DNA of 64,000 bases from Nannocystis bainbridge (GCF_028368995.1 NZ_JAQNDL010000001.1:1888001-1952000), one strand, 5' to 3'; positions 41,718-51,770 are shown, counted from the stretch's first letter. Notes: a model not told the origin generated them from the sequence alone. Program-made: numbers and translations.

Positions 41718-42515
41718 CTATGATTCTTCAAGGCCGATCGCCGCGTGGGGGAACATCGCCGCCAGCTCGGCCTCGGTCGCAAGAAAGCACGACGCGCTGG
41801 CACGAATGCGCCGCACCCCGGGCATCACCGCGCCGTGCGGGATCGGCATGCGGGACGCGACCGCGGTCAAGCTCAGCTCCGTGAGCGCCTGCAGGCCGGC
41901 GAATTCGGCCGGCAGCTGCGTGAAGACCTTTTCGGGCCAGCCGCAGCTGCCCGGCTCGCCGAGCGTCAGCGACGTCAGGCACGACAACTGCGACAACAGC
42001 CCGAACAGCGCCTCGCGCGACTGCTCGAAGCGCGGCGGGAAGTGGGCCGGGCGCTCCCAGTCGTGCACGTACACGTGCCGCAGCAGCAGCGTCAAGGCGC
42101 GCAGCTCCGTCAGCGCGCCCAGGCTGTCGGGCAGGCGCGCGAGGTGGTGCGAATCGACGTACAGCTCGCGCAGGCGGGTCAGCGCGCCCAGGCTGCGCGG
42201 CAGCGAGGCGAGGTGGAGCAGCTCGAGCCGGAGGCTGCGCAGGCGCGTCAGCTCGCAGATCGCCGTCGGCAGGCCGGGCAGCTCGGGGTCGACGAGCTCG
42301 AGCTGCTGCAGCCCGCGCAGCTCCGTCAGCGCCGGCGGCAATGCGCGCACGCGCGAGCGCAGGCGCAGCGCCTTGAGGCCCCGGACCTCGCGCAGCTGCG
42401 CGAGCGCGGCCGCCAGCGCCCCGGGCTCGACGCTCTCGGCCCGCAGCTCGAGCGCCGGGACGTCGCCCAGCGCCGCGACCTCGAGCGCCTCACGGGACAG
42501 GTCGACGACGTGCAT
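41718..42515 (-). CDS. Leucine-rich repeat protein
   Basis: LPxxLxxLxxLxxLxL repeats (LPRSLGALTRLRELYV, LPDSLGALTELRALTL). Confidence 0.85.
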   Translation of the reverse strand: MHVVDLSREALEVAALGDVPALELRAESVEPGALAAALAQLREVRGLKALRLRSRVRALPPALTELRGLQQLELVDPELPGLPTAICELTRLRSLRLELLHLASLPRSLGALTRLRELYVDSHHLARLPDSLGALTELRALTLLLRHVYVHDWERPAHFPPRFEQSREALFGLLSQLSCLTSLTLGEPGSCGWPEKVFTQLPAEFAGLQALTELSLTAVASRMPIPHGAVMPGVRRIRASASCFLATEAELAAMFPHAAIGLEES

Positions 42516-42579
42516 CGCGGCGATGGTACCGCGCCGGAGCCGGGTCGCGCTCGCGCTACGCTCCGCTCGCCGCGCGGCG

Positions 42580-45249
42580 TCAGTGCGCCTCGCCCCAGCT
42601 CTGGCCGACGCCGATGCCGACCTCGAGCGGGACGTCGAGCGGGTACGGCCGCTCCATCACTCGCCGCGCCAGGTCGGTGACGGCGTCGACCTCGGCCTCG
42701 GCCACCTCGAACACCAGCTCGTCGTGGACCTGCAGCAGCATGCGCGCGCTCGGGGCCACGGCCGGCAATTCGCGGTCGATCTGCAGCATCGCCAATTTGC
42801 AGAGATCGGCCGCCGAGCCCTGGATCGGCGTGTTGGCGGCGATGCGCTCGCCGGCGGCGCGGTCGGTGTCGCTGCGGCTGGCCAGCTCGGAGATGAAGCG
42901 GCGCCGGCCCAGCAGCGTGGTCACGTAGCCGCTGGCGTGGGCCTCGGCGATCGTGCGATCGAGCCAGGCGCGGACTCCGGCGTAGTACGTGAAATACTGC
43001 TCGATGTAGCTCTGGGCCTCCTTGCGGGCGATGCCGAGGATCTGCCCGAGCGCGGTGGCCCCCTGGCCGTAGATCGTGGCGAAGTTGACGGTCTTGCCGA
43101 CGTTGCGCTGCTCCTTGGTGACCGCCTCGGGAGCCACGTTGAAAAGCAGCGCGGCGGTGCGGCGGTGGAGGTCGAGCTTGTCGCGGAACGCCTCGACGAG
43201 CCGCGGGTCCTGGCTGAAGTGGGCCAGCACGCGCAGCTCGATCTGGCTCCAATCGGCGGAGATGATGCGCCGCCCCTCGGGCGCGACGAAGGCCCGACGA
43301 ATGCGCTGACCCTCGGGCGTGCGGATCGGCGTGCGCTGCAGGTCGGGGTCGGTGGAGATCAGGCGACCGGAGACACCGACGGTCTGCTGAAAGGTCGCGT
43401 GGATCCGCCCGGTCTCGGGGGCGATCGCGTCGCGCAGCACGTCGGTATAGGTGTTGATCAGCTTGGCGAGCTCGCGCTGGGCCAGGATCTCGCGCGCGAT
43501 CTCGTGTTTGGCCGCGAGCCGCTCGAGCACCTCGGCGTCGGTCGAATAGCCGGTCTTGTTCTTCTTGATGACCGGCAGCTTGAGCTCCTCGAACAGCACG
43601 TCGGCCAATTGCTTGGTCGAGCCGATGTTGAACTCGCGCCCGGCGAGCGCGTAGATCCGGGCCTCGATCTCCGCCTTACGCCGCTGGAACTCCTCGCCCA
43701 TGCGCGTGAGGTCGTCGCGGTCGACGCGGATGCCGGCCAGCTCCATGCGCGCGAGCACACCGACGAGCGGGCGCTCGACCGCCTCGTAGTGGGCCGTCTG
43801 CCCGGCCTCGCCCAGACGGCCCCGCAGCACCGGCGCCAGCGCGAGCACGACGTCGGCCAGCTGGGCGGCGTAGGTGGCCGCGGCGCCGACCTCGACGGCG
43901 CTCGGCAGGCGCGCCGACTTGCCGCTCTTGAGCAAGGTGGTGACGGCGGGGATCGATCGCTGCACGTACTCGCGGGCGACCTGGTCGAGGCCGTGCGGGA
44001 TGCACTTGACGGGGTCGACGAGGAACGACGCGAGCATGGTGTCGAGGAAATCGCCGCCGAGCGTGAGGCCGTGGCGCCCGGCGAGGATCCCCAGCTGCTT
44101 GAGGTCGTGCACGACCTTGGGCCGGCTCGTATCGCCGAGCAGCCCGCGCAGGAGCTCGATCGCGGGCTCGCCGAGGGCCGCCCCGACGCCGCGGAAGGCC
44201 AGGTAGAGCGGCTTGCGCCCGTCCGTGGCCAGAGCCACGCCGACCAATTGCGCGTGGTGGACCCGCGTCGGCGGCTCGAACAGCGGCACGATCGCTACCG
44301 CCTGGCCGGCCGGCAAGGCGCCGATCGCCGCGCGGGCCGCGTCGACGCTGGCCGGGACCTCGACCTCGATGTCGGGCGCGTCGCCGACCTTGGCGTCGCC
44401 GCCGCCGGTGAGCAGCGAGAAGAACTCGAGCTCGCGGTAGAGCGCGTCGAGCTCCTTCGGGTCGGGCGGCGTGAGCCGCAGCGCGTCGATCGTGACCCCG
44501 ATCGCGGCGTCGGCGTCGACGGTCGCTAGCTGGCGGTAGAGCTTGACCGCCTCGCGGTGCTCCTCGAGCGCGGCCTTCTGCTTGCCCTTGAGCTCCCCCA
44601 GGTGCTCGTACACGCCGTCGAGCGAGCCGTACTTCTCGAGCAGGCCGGCGGCGCCCTTCTGGCCGATGCCGGGCACGCCGGGGATGTTGTCGACGGTGTC
44701 GCCCATCAGCGCCAGGAGGTCGGGGATCTGCGCCGGCGGGACGCCCCATTTCTTGCGCACGAGCTCGGCGTCGTAGGTGACGTCGCGCATCGTGTCCTGC
44801 ATGCGCACGCCGTCGCCGACCATCTGCGCCAGGTCCTTGTCGCCGGCGACGATCACGACCTCGAGCCCGGCCGCCACGCCGCGCCGCGCCAGCGTGGCGA
44901 TGATGTCGTCGGCCTCGTAGCCGGGCTGACGCACCAGCGGGAACCGGTTGGCGGTGACGAGGCGATCGATGACCGGCAGCTGCTGCGCGAGCTCGCCCGG
45001 CATCGACGGCCGCTGGGCCTTGTACTGCGGGTACTTGAGCTCGCGGTGGGTCGGCGCCGGGGTGTCGAACACGACCGCGCCGCGCTCGGGCATGCGCCCG
45101 GAGAACAGCTTGCGGAACATGGTCGCAAAGCCGAAGATCGCGTTGGTCGGCAGCCCGGTCTTGGTCTGCAGGTTGGCCGGGATCGCAAAGAATGCCCGGT
45201 AGATGAGCCACGAGCCGTCGACCAATACGAGCCGCTCTGCCTTCGCCAT
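42580..45249 (-). CDS. polA: DNA polymerase I
   Basis: 5'-3' exonuclease motifs (LVDG, YEADD, GDKD, PGVPGIG); motif A ADWSQIELR; motif B KTVNFATIYG; motif C QVHDEL. Confidence 0.97.
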   Translation of the reverse strand: MAKAERLVLVDGSWLIYRAFFAIPANLQTKTGLPTNAIFGFATMFRKLFSGRMPERGAVVFDTPAPTHRELKYPQYKAQRPSMPGELAQQLPVIDRLVTANRFPLVRQPGYEADDIIATLARRGVAAGLEVVIVAGDKDLAQMVGDGVRMQDTMRDVTYDAELVRKKWGVPPAQIPDLLALMGDTVDNIPGVPGIGQKGAAGLLEKYGSLDGVYEHLGELKGKQKAALEEHREAVKLYRQLATVDADAAIGVTIDALRLTPPDPKELDALYRELEFFSLLTGGGDAKVGDAPDIEVEVPASVDAARAAIGALPAGQAVAIVPLFEPPTRVHHAQLVGVALATDGRKPLYLAFRGVGAALGEPAIELLRGLLGDTSRPKVVHDLKQLGILAGRHGLTLGGDFLDTMLASFLVDPVKCIPHGLDQVAREYVQRSIPAVTTLLKSGKSARLPSAVEVGAAATYAAQLADVVLALAPVLRGRLGEAGQTAHYEAVERPLVGVLARMELAGIRVDRDDLTRMGEEFQRRKAEIEARIYALAGREFNIGSTKQLADVLFEELKLPVIKKNKTGYSTDAEVLERLAAKHEIAREILAQRELAKLINTYTDVLRDAIAPETGRIHATFQQTVGVSGRLISTDPDLQRTPIRTPEGQRIRRAFVAPEGRRIISADWSQIELRVLAHFSQDPRLVEAFRDKLDLHRRTAALLFNVAPEAVTKEQRNVGKTVNFATIYGQGATALGQILGIARKEAQSYIEQYFTYYAGVRAWLDRTIAEAHASGYVTTLLGRRRFISELASRSDTDRAAGERIAANTPIQGSAADLCKLAMLQIDRELPAVAPSARMLLQVHDELVFEVAEAEVDAVTDLARRVMERPYPLDVPLEVGIGVGQSWGEAH

Positions 45250-45514
45250 GCGCGGCATCATACGCCGGGGCGTGTTCGCGCGCGAGCCCCCGCCGGGCTC
45301 GACCTTGAAGCCGCGACGAGCCGCGCTGCCGCACCTTCGTGGCGGCACCGCGTGCGGACGGCGCCGCAGGCGAGGCAGCGGGCTCGAGCGTCGCTGCCGT
45401 CGAAGACAGCCTGTCCCGAGGGTCATGTCGGCAAGCGCCGCGCGGCGGTCTGCTGTGCTTCGCGTCGCATGAAATCTCGGGTCCGCCGGGCACATTCATC
45501 GCCACGGAGGAGCG

Positions 45515-47737
45515 ATGCGGCCGGGTCGGGGAGTGACGAGCGTCGCGGCGCTGGGCGTGGGCCTGCTGATCGGTGGTTCGGCCGGCGCGGCGCCGCTGCT
45601 GCGGGCCCAGATCGTCCAGCGCGGCGATTTCGTGCTGGTCGGCAACACGCTGGCCCACGACTGCTCGCCGGCGACCCCGGCCCCGCTGGTCGGCAAGGTG
45701 GGCAATTGCGGGGCGGAGCTCGGCGACGGGGCCGCGGACGTGCTGTGGCGCGCCGACTCGCCGGTGGCCGGGGCCGCGGCCGCGAGCGTGGCGATCGAGG
45801 CCGACGACGCGCGCAGCTCGGCGGTGCTGCTGCTGCCGCCCGGAGCCCGGCCGACGCACGCGTTCCTCTACTGGGCCGCGCAGCTGGCGATCGCCGGCGC
45901 CGACTCGACCGTGGTGCTCGAGCGGCCCGGCTTCCTCGACGTCGAGCTGTCGGCCGACGCCTGCTACGTCAGCGCCGACGGCAGCTACGTGTGCTCGGTC
46001 GACGTCGGCGAGCTGGTGATCGAGCACGGGCCGGGGCTGTTCCGCGTCGGCGGCGTCGAGGTGCGGCCCTTCCAGCACCTGCTCGACGAGGAGATCTTCG
46101 CGGCGTGGTGGCTGGTGGTCGTGTACGAGCGGCCGTTCGACCCACTGCGCAGCATCGGCGTCTACGAGGGCCTCGACGCGGTGCTGCCGCTGCAGCCGTG
46201 CGAGACCGCGTTCGCCGGCTTCGTCGTGCCCAAGGTCGGCGTCGGCGGCACGCTGGCGGTGGCCGGCCTCGCCGGCGATCACGGGGACGTCGGCGACCAG
46301 CTGCTGCTCGCCGACGTGCCGCTGGGCGACGCGCTCAACCCGATCGACGATTTCTTCAACGGCACGCGCGGGGCGTTCGGCTTCGCCCTGTCGGTCGTCG
46401 GCGACCTGCCGCGGCTGTCCGGGCTGCCCGCCAGCGGCTCGGGCCTCGACCTCGACATCGTCGACATCACCGCGCGCCTCGACCCGCTGCAGACTTCGCT
46501 GCCGATGACGGTGACGACCGCGGGCGACGCGATCCTGCTGGCGACCACCGTCGTCTCGATCACCACCGCCGCGCCCAACCTCGAGATCGTCGAGACGGTC
46601 GAGGACCTGAGCGGCGGCGCGTTCGTCCCCGGCGACGTCGCCCAGTACACGATCGAGGTGACCAATGTCGGCAACGACGACGCCGTCGAGGTCGTGCTCA
46701 CCGACACTCTGCCGGCCGCCGTCACCTTCGTGCCGGGCACGCTCGAGGTCGTCGGCGGCCCCGGGTTTCTGTCGGACGTCGCGCTCGACGACGAGGGCGA
46801 GGCGATCGAGGACGAGCTGGTGGTCCGCCTCGGCGTCGGCGCCGACGAGGAGGTCGGCGGCAGCCTGGCGATCGACGCTTCGACGCTGGTCCGGTTTCAG
46901 GTCGTGATCGACGACGAGGCCGAGGGCATCGTCAGCCACCAGGCGACGGTCACGGCGGCGGGCCTGCTGGGCGCGTCGGCCGACGAATTCCTGTCCGAGG
47001 CGCCGCTCGAGTTCCTGGTCGAGGAGTGCGACGAGGTCGCGCCCTGCCCGTTCGACACCCCGCTGTGCGACCTCGGGCCGGTGCCGAACGTGTGTGTCGA
47101 GTGCCTGGACGACCTCGACTGCGGCCCGCTCGAGGTGTGTGACCCGCTGACGAGCGCCTGCGCGTGCGAGGCCGCCGGCCCCGAGCTGTGCGACGGCCTC
47201 GACAACGACTGCAACGAGCTCGTCGACGACGGCTTCGACCTCGGCGCCTCGTGCTCCACCGGCCTCGGCGAGTGCCTCGTCGAGGGCGCGCTGGTGTGCG
47301 ACGGCCTCGGCGGGGTCGCCTGCGACGCGGTCGCCGGCCCGCCCGCCGACGAGCTGTGCGACGGCCTCGACAACGACTGCGACGGAGAGATCGACGGCGC
47401 TTGCACGAAGTGCCTGGCCGACGCCGAGTGCGGCGGGCTGCTGTCGGGCCGCGTGTGCTACCTCGGTGTGTGCGTCGACGGCTGCCGCGCGGTCGGCAAC
47501 TTCTGTCCGCTGGGCCTCGAGTGCTCGTCGGACGACGCCTCGCCCGGCGAGTGCCTGGACCCCGAGGCGGGCGAGGACGAGGCCCCTCCGGTCGACGAAC
47601 TCGAGGACCTCGCCGACGACGAGAAGGTCAGCGACCTGCTCGGCTGCGACTGCGACGGCCGCCCGGGCGACCGCGACGGCCCGCTGCTGCTGGCCCTGGC
47701 CGCGCTGGCCGGCTCGCGCCGCCGGCGCAGGCGGTGA
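45515..47737 (+). CDS. Secreted DUF11-like / Cys-rich repeat protein with MYXO-CTERM sorting signal
   Basis: Signal peptide; PGDVAQYTIEVTNVG...LTDTLP; two ELCDGLDNDC repeats; C-terminal GCDC...LLLALAALAGSRRRRR. Confidence 0.85.
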   Translation: MRPGRGVTSVAALGVGLLIGGSAGAAPLLRAQIVQRGDFVLVGNTLAHDCSPATPAPLVGKVGNCGAELGDGAADVLWRADSPVAGAAAASVAIEADDARSSAVLLLPPGARPTHAFLYWAAQLAIAGADSTVVLERPGFLDVELSADACYVSADGSYVCSVDVGELVIEHGPGLFRVGGVEVRPFQHLLDEEIFAAWWLVVVYERPFDPLRSIGVYEGLDAVLPLQPCETAFAGFVVPKVGVGGTLAVAGLAGDHGDVGDQLLLADVPLGDALNPIDDFFNGTRGAFGFALSVVGDLPRLSGLPASGSGLDLDIVDITARLDPLQTSLPMTVTTAGDAILLATTVVSITTAAPNLEIVETVEDLSGGAFVPGDVAQYTIEVTNVGNDDAVEVVLTDTLPAAVTFVPGTLEVVGGPGFLSDVALDDEGEAIEDELVVRLGVGADEEVGGSLAIDASTLVRFQVVIDDEAEGIVSHQATVTAAGLLGASADEFLSEAPLEFLVEECDEVAPCPFDTPLCDLGPVPNVCVECLDDLDCGPLEVCDPLTSACACEAAGPELCDGLDNDCNELVDDGFDLGASCSTGLGECLVEGALVCDGLGGVACDAVAGPPADELCDGLDNDCDGEIDGACTKCLADAECGGLLSGRVCYLGVCVDGCRAVGNFCPLGLECSSDDASPGECLDPEAGEDEAPPVDELEDLADDEKVSDLLGCDCDGRPGDRDGPLLLALAALAGSRRRRRR

Positions 47738-47739
47738 AA

Positions 47740-47822
47740 TTCACCTGGTCTTCGGGGCATGTTCGAAGCGACATGCCCCGCGGGACCCTGCCTGTGGGAC
47801 ATGCTCCTTCGAGCATGTCCCG
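47740..47822. repeat. 14-bp-period RGRCATGYCY array, 6 units (2 degenerate)
   Basis: Cores at 47744 (CCTG), 47758, 47772, 47786 (CCCT), 47800 and 47814. Confidence 0.8.
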
Positions 47823-47831
47823 CCGGCCACC

Positions 47832-48950
47832 TCACATGCGGATGACCTCGCCGCGGTGGTAGCTGAGCTTGCGGCCGCTGGGGTCGAACACCATCACGCA
47901 GTCGTCGGCGCCGACGCTGGCGGCGCGGTGGGGCCCGAGCTCGAACAGCAGGAACGAGCGCTGGTTGAGGCCGACGCACGCGTGGTGGCGGAAGCGACGC
48001 GCGAGGTAGGCCAGGTTGTCCGGGTCGTCGGTCTGGATCCGCTCGGTGCAGTGGGGGAACAGCTGGATGTCGCGGACCAGCGCCAGGCCGCGGTCGTACA
48101 GCTGGAAATCGCGCCGCTTGGTCGCAAAGTCGTCGTAGATGATGACCCGCTCGCACAGCACCATCGCCCCGGCCGACATCGCCACCAGCTGGGTCCCGCG
48201 GCGCAGCGCCTCGGCCAGCACGTTGCGCAGGCGGAAGAACCGCAGCGCGTCGAGCAGCAGGTCGAGGTGGCCGCCGAACAGGATGATGCTGTTGGCCGAG
48301 AGGATCCGCCGCTCGAGCCGCTCCTGCGCGGCGCGCCAGGCCGGGTCGTACTGCAGGCCCACGGCGTCGAACGTGCGCTGCTCGATCTGGTCGAGCAGGT
48401 TCACCAGGTGGTCGTCGTTGGCCTCGAGCGTGTCGAGCGCGTGCCGCAGCTCGCGCGACAGGGTGTAGCGCAGCAGCCGGCCGCCGGTGCCGTAGTGGCC
48501 CTGGTCGCCGGCCAGGCGGGCGACGGTGATCGTCGGGTCCTCGCGCTTGGCGACCGCGAGGGTGCGGCGGAACAGCTGGATCAGGTGGGCGTTGTGCTCG
48601 AGGTAAAAGGCGCGGGCCATCTCGGCGATCCGGCGCTCCTCGTGCCACGCGGCCAGCAGCCGCGGGGACGTGCGCGCCAGGCCGCGGACCTCGTGCAGCA
48701 GCGACAGGTTGACCAGACTGGTGTCGTAGCCGTGCTCGAACCGCGACGGCAGGCCGATCGCGTTGAGCGACCGCTTGACGTGGCCCTCGTCGTGCTCGCC
48801 GTCGCCCCAGGCGGCCGTGACGAGCACGACCCGCCGCGAGCGGGCGACCTCCGGATCCTCGTGCCGCGACGACAGCAGCAGCGGCGCCGCCGTCTGCACC
48901 AGGGCGTCGACGGTCTCGGCGTTGCCGTTGAAAAGAACCGCACCTCGCAT
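47832..48950 (-). CDS. Peptidase S51 / class I glutamine amidotransferase-like protein
   Basis: LVTAAW; ILFGGH; AMSAGAMV nucleophile elbow; LFPH. Confidence 0.75.
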   Translation of the reverse strand: MRGAVLFNGNAETVDALVQTAAPLLLSSRHEDPEVARSRRVVLVTAAWGDGEHDEGHVKRSLNAIGLPSRFEHGYDTSLVNLSLLHEVRGLARTSPRLLAAWHEERRIAEMARAFYLEHNAHLIQLFRRTLAVAKREDPTITVARLAGDQGHYGTGGRLLRYTLSRELRHALDTLEANDDHLVNLLDQIEQRTFDAVGLQYDPAWRAAQERLERRILSANSIILFGGHLDLLLDALRFFRLRNVLAEALRRGTQLVAMSAGAMVLCERVIIYDDFATKRRDFQLYDRGLALVRDIQLFPHCTERIQTDDPDNLAYLARRFRHHACVGLNQRSFLLFELGPHRAASVGADDCVMVFDPSGRKLSYHRGEVIRM

Positions 48951-49039
48951 GGACCGCGATGGTAACGCAATCACGCCGCCCCGCGGGGCGGGTCCGCCCT
49001 GGGCGCCTCCCGGACCCGAGTTCGGGGACCGCGCCGCGC

Positions 49040-49642
49040 TCACGGCAGCGCGCCGTCGGCGATCCACTGCTGGATCGCCGCGACGTCGCCCGGCTGCAGC
49101 TCGTCGTTCGGCGGCATGCGCTTGCCCTCGCCGCCGACCTCGTCCTGGCTGCCGGCGATCTTGTGCCACAGGTAGCTGTCCGCGGTTGCGCCTGGCGCGA
49201 CCAGGTCCATCCCCTTCACGTCGTCCGACGGCCGGCCGACGATGCTGGCCCAGGCCCGCCCGATCCCCAGATCCGGGTCGGGCTTGCCGTCGCCGTGACA
49301 CGTGCAGTAGTCGGCGAAGATCGGCTGGATGTCGGCCTCGAAGCTCAGCGGCGCCGGCTCCTCCGGCTCGGTGGTCGCGCCGGTCGTCGTCGTCGTGCTG
49401 GCGTCGCTGGTGCCGGTGGTGGTCTCGGGCTCGGCGGGTCCGCTGGCGCTGCTCGTCGGCGGCTCCGCGGGCTCGCCGGTGGTCGTCGTCGAGCCGCCGC
49501 CCGTCGTCGGCTCGCCGGTGCTCGTGCTCGCCGGGCTCGTCGTCGTGCTCGTGGTGCCCGCACCCACGCCCACGCCCGCGCTGTCGAACACGCAGCCGCC
49601 GAGCAGCAGCGCCGCGGAGCAGGTGAAGCGCAGGCGAAGCAT
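49040..49642 (-). CDS. Cytochrome c-like lipoprotein with CxCH motif
   Basis: Lipobox LGGC; Thr-rich linker; IQPIFADYCTCHG...SYLWHKI...RMPP...IQQWIADGA. Confidence 0.7.
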   Translation of the reverse strand: MLRLRFTCSAALLLGGCVFDSAGVGVGAGTTSTTTSPASTSTGEPTTGGGSTTTTGEPAEPPTSSASGPAEPETTTGTSDASTTTTTGATTEPEEPAPLSFEADIQPIFADYCTCHGDGKPDPDLGIGRAWASIVGRPSDDVKGMDLVAPGATADSYLWHKIAGSQDEVGGEGKRMPPNDELQPGDVAAIQQWIADGALP

Positions 49643-49787
49643 CACCGCCAACGTATCGCCGCTCGCCGCCCGCGCCAGCGCGCGCCTTCACGGGTGTGAT
49701 GGTTCGCCGTTCACCCGGGCGCGGCCGCGCCGACGGTCCCGCGCGCGCCGGGTCGCGTCACCGGACCGCGGGCCGCCCCGCGATTGC

Positions 49788-49870
49788 GAAGACATGTCCT
49801 TCGGGACATTTTATCCATTCACGGCGGTGATTCACGACATGCCCCGAAGGACATGTCTTCAGAGACATCA
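49788..49870. repeat. 14-bp-period arrays (2 + 3 units) forming a 22-bp inverted repeat
   Basis: Cores at 49793, 49807 and 49838, 49852, 49866; 49788-49809 is the reverse complement of 49839-49860 with one mismatch. Confidence 0.8.
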
Positions 49871-50650
49871 GCGCAGCACGCCCGGCTCGAACTGCACCCG
49901 CCACGGCACCACGGCGATCTCGCCCGAGATGGTCGGCGGGTACAGGGTCGCCGCGGCGATGTCGGCCACGCAGGCGCCGACCTCGGGCGCCTCGCGGATG
50001 TTCTCGAGGATCGCCACCGCGCGGGCCCGGCCGTCGCCGGAGATCGCTATCTCGAGCGCCACGCGCCCTTGCAGCGTCAGCTGGCGGGCCAGCGCGCGGC
50101 GGTAGCAGTCGCCGAGCTCGAGGCGGCGCTCGGCCATCGTCAGGACCACGTTGGCCTGGTCGAGCGGGTCGACCCCGATGAACAGCGGCTCGCGCTTGGT
50201 CGGGCACAGCACCGGCTCGGCGCCGCAGCCCCGGCGCATGAATTCGCCGGCGTCCGGCTCGCCCAGGCCCGCCGCCGCCGAGATGCACGAAGGGGCATGT
50301 CCCCCGAGACAGGCCGAGACGTACAGCGAGGTCGCGGCCGTCGGGTCGCGCTGAAGCCCCTCGCCGCGCTCGAACGCCCGCGCCAGCGCGGCGCAGCCGA
50401 ACGGGTTGGCCAGGTCGCAGGCCCGGCGGGCGTAGGCGGCCGCCAGCGGCAGCTCGCCGAGCTCGCGGTACTGCACCGCCATCTCGACGCACGCCGGCCC
50501 GTCGCCGCGGTCGCAGCGGTCGGCCAGCACGTCGTAGGCGCTGGCGGGCAGCGGCGGCGGCGAAGTCTCGGGCTCCAGCGGCACGTGGCAGCCCGGCAGC
50601 GACAGGACCGTCGCCACCAGCGCCCCGAGCCGAAGGCACCGGCCCTTCAT
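49868..50650 (-). CDS. Lipoprotein with Sel1-like repeats and AgmX/PglI (TonB C-terminal-like) domain
   Basis: LPGC lipobox; ACD...GC...AC..G Sel1 pattern; LGDCYRRAL...GRV...VGACV...VPW. Confidence 0.75.
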   Translation of the reverse strand: MKGRCLRLGALVATVLSLPGCHVPLEPETSPPPLPASAYDVLADRCDRGDGPACVEMAVQYRELGELPLAAAYARRACDLANPFGCAALARAFERGEGLQRDPTAATSLYVSACLGGHAPSCISAAAGLGEPDAGEFMRRGCGAEPVLCPTKREPLFIGVDPLDQANVVLTMAERRLELGDCYRRALARQLTLQGRVALEIAISGDGRARAVAILENIREAPEVGACVADIAAATLYPPTISGEIAVVPWRVQFEPGVLR

Positions 50651-51147
50651 GCGCCCAGCATGCCACGCCTCGCGCGCCTCGGCGATGCCGGCCAGCGACA
50701 TCCCGCCCGCGCGACCCGCGGGGTTCGTCGCCGATGGCCGGCCCGCGCCCCGGCGGACGCGCAGACTCGCCCCCGACCCGGCGAACGGCGTCTCCGAGGC
50801 CCCTACGCCGGCCGGCCACGGCACGCCCCCGCCGCAGCTCGCGCGGTCCGTCGCCCCGGCCCACCCCGGCCCGCCCGCAGACTGCTGTCCGCAGCGCCGC
50901 CACGGCGCCAGATCTTGCTCGCCCCGGCTCTGCTCCCGGCGAGCCGCCGCCGCCCCGGGAGCGTGCTCGCCCCGGGCTCTGCCCCCCACAGTCGGCCACG
51001 AGCGCGCGCCCGTGAGACCCGGCCTCGCGCCAGCAGGCTCCGCTTCCTCTTTTGGAGCGACCCGCAATTTTTCCCCCCGCGGCGGCGACTCCGGGCATGC
51101 GCGGCCCGATCGAGCGGGCCGCGTATTCTCGCCCGGGAGGACTCCTC

Positions 51148-51444
51148 ATGAGACGTTGGTACGAGCGCAACAGCTGGATCGCCGCCGCACTCTGTGTCGC
51201 GGCGGGACTCTCGTTCGGAGCGGCCCTCCGCACCCGCGACGCGCGGGCCTACTCCCTCGATTGCGAAGACAACGAGTATGGCGAGTTGCACGAGGTCCGT
51301 CGCGTCGCCGGCGACGGCGATCCCTCGGCGCAGGTGTGGTCAGGCCACGCGGTCCTCCGGCTCGCGGAGCGCACGTTCACCACGGTCGACGACGCCGGCA
51401 ACGAGGTGCTCTTCCTCCATATCAGCCGGGACAGCGAACCATGA
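51148..51444 (+). CDS. Small exported hypothetical protein
   Basis: GGAGG RBS; signal peptide ending ARA. Confidence 0.6.
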   Translation: MRRWYERNSWIAAALCVAAGLSFGAALRTRDARAYSLDCEDNEYGELHEVRRVAGDGDPSAQVWSGHAVLRLAERTFTTVDDAGNEVLFLHISRDSEP

Positions 51445-51701
51445 CGCTGCAACGATTTCGCAACACTGTGCTGTTCGTCGCCGCCACGGCCCTCGGCGCC
51501 GCCTCGCCCGGTCTCGGCTGCAACGAGCCCTGCCCCGAGGAGCTCCCCGAGGGCATGTATCGCGTCGAGGGCGACGTCGCCGGCTGGCGCGCGGGCAGCG
51601 GGCAGATCGAAGTGACCGAGACGCGAATGCACGTCGCCTATGTCACGACCGACGGCTCCGCGTGGGAGGTCGAGTACATCCGCGTCCCCGACCCTTACTG
51701 A
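51441..51701 (+). CDS. Small hypothetical lipoprotein
   Basis: ATGA overlap with the previous gene; LGC lipobox-like motif. Confidence 0.6.
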   Translation: MTLQRFRNTVLFVAATALGAASPGLGCNEPCPEELPEGMYRVEGDVAGWRAGSGQIEVTETRMHVAYVTTDGSAWEVEYIRVPDPY

Positions 51702-51723
51702 TCTCAGCCCCGCGGTCGCGCCC

Positions 51724-51756
51724 GCTGGCATCCTCGGTCCCTCGCGGGATGCCAGC
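51724..51756. terminator. Hairpin between convergent genes
   Basis: GCTGGCATCC...GGATGCCAGC, a 10-bp stem. Confidence 0.5.
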
Positions 51757-51770
51757 CGGGCTCGTCCGTG

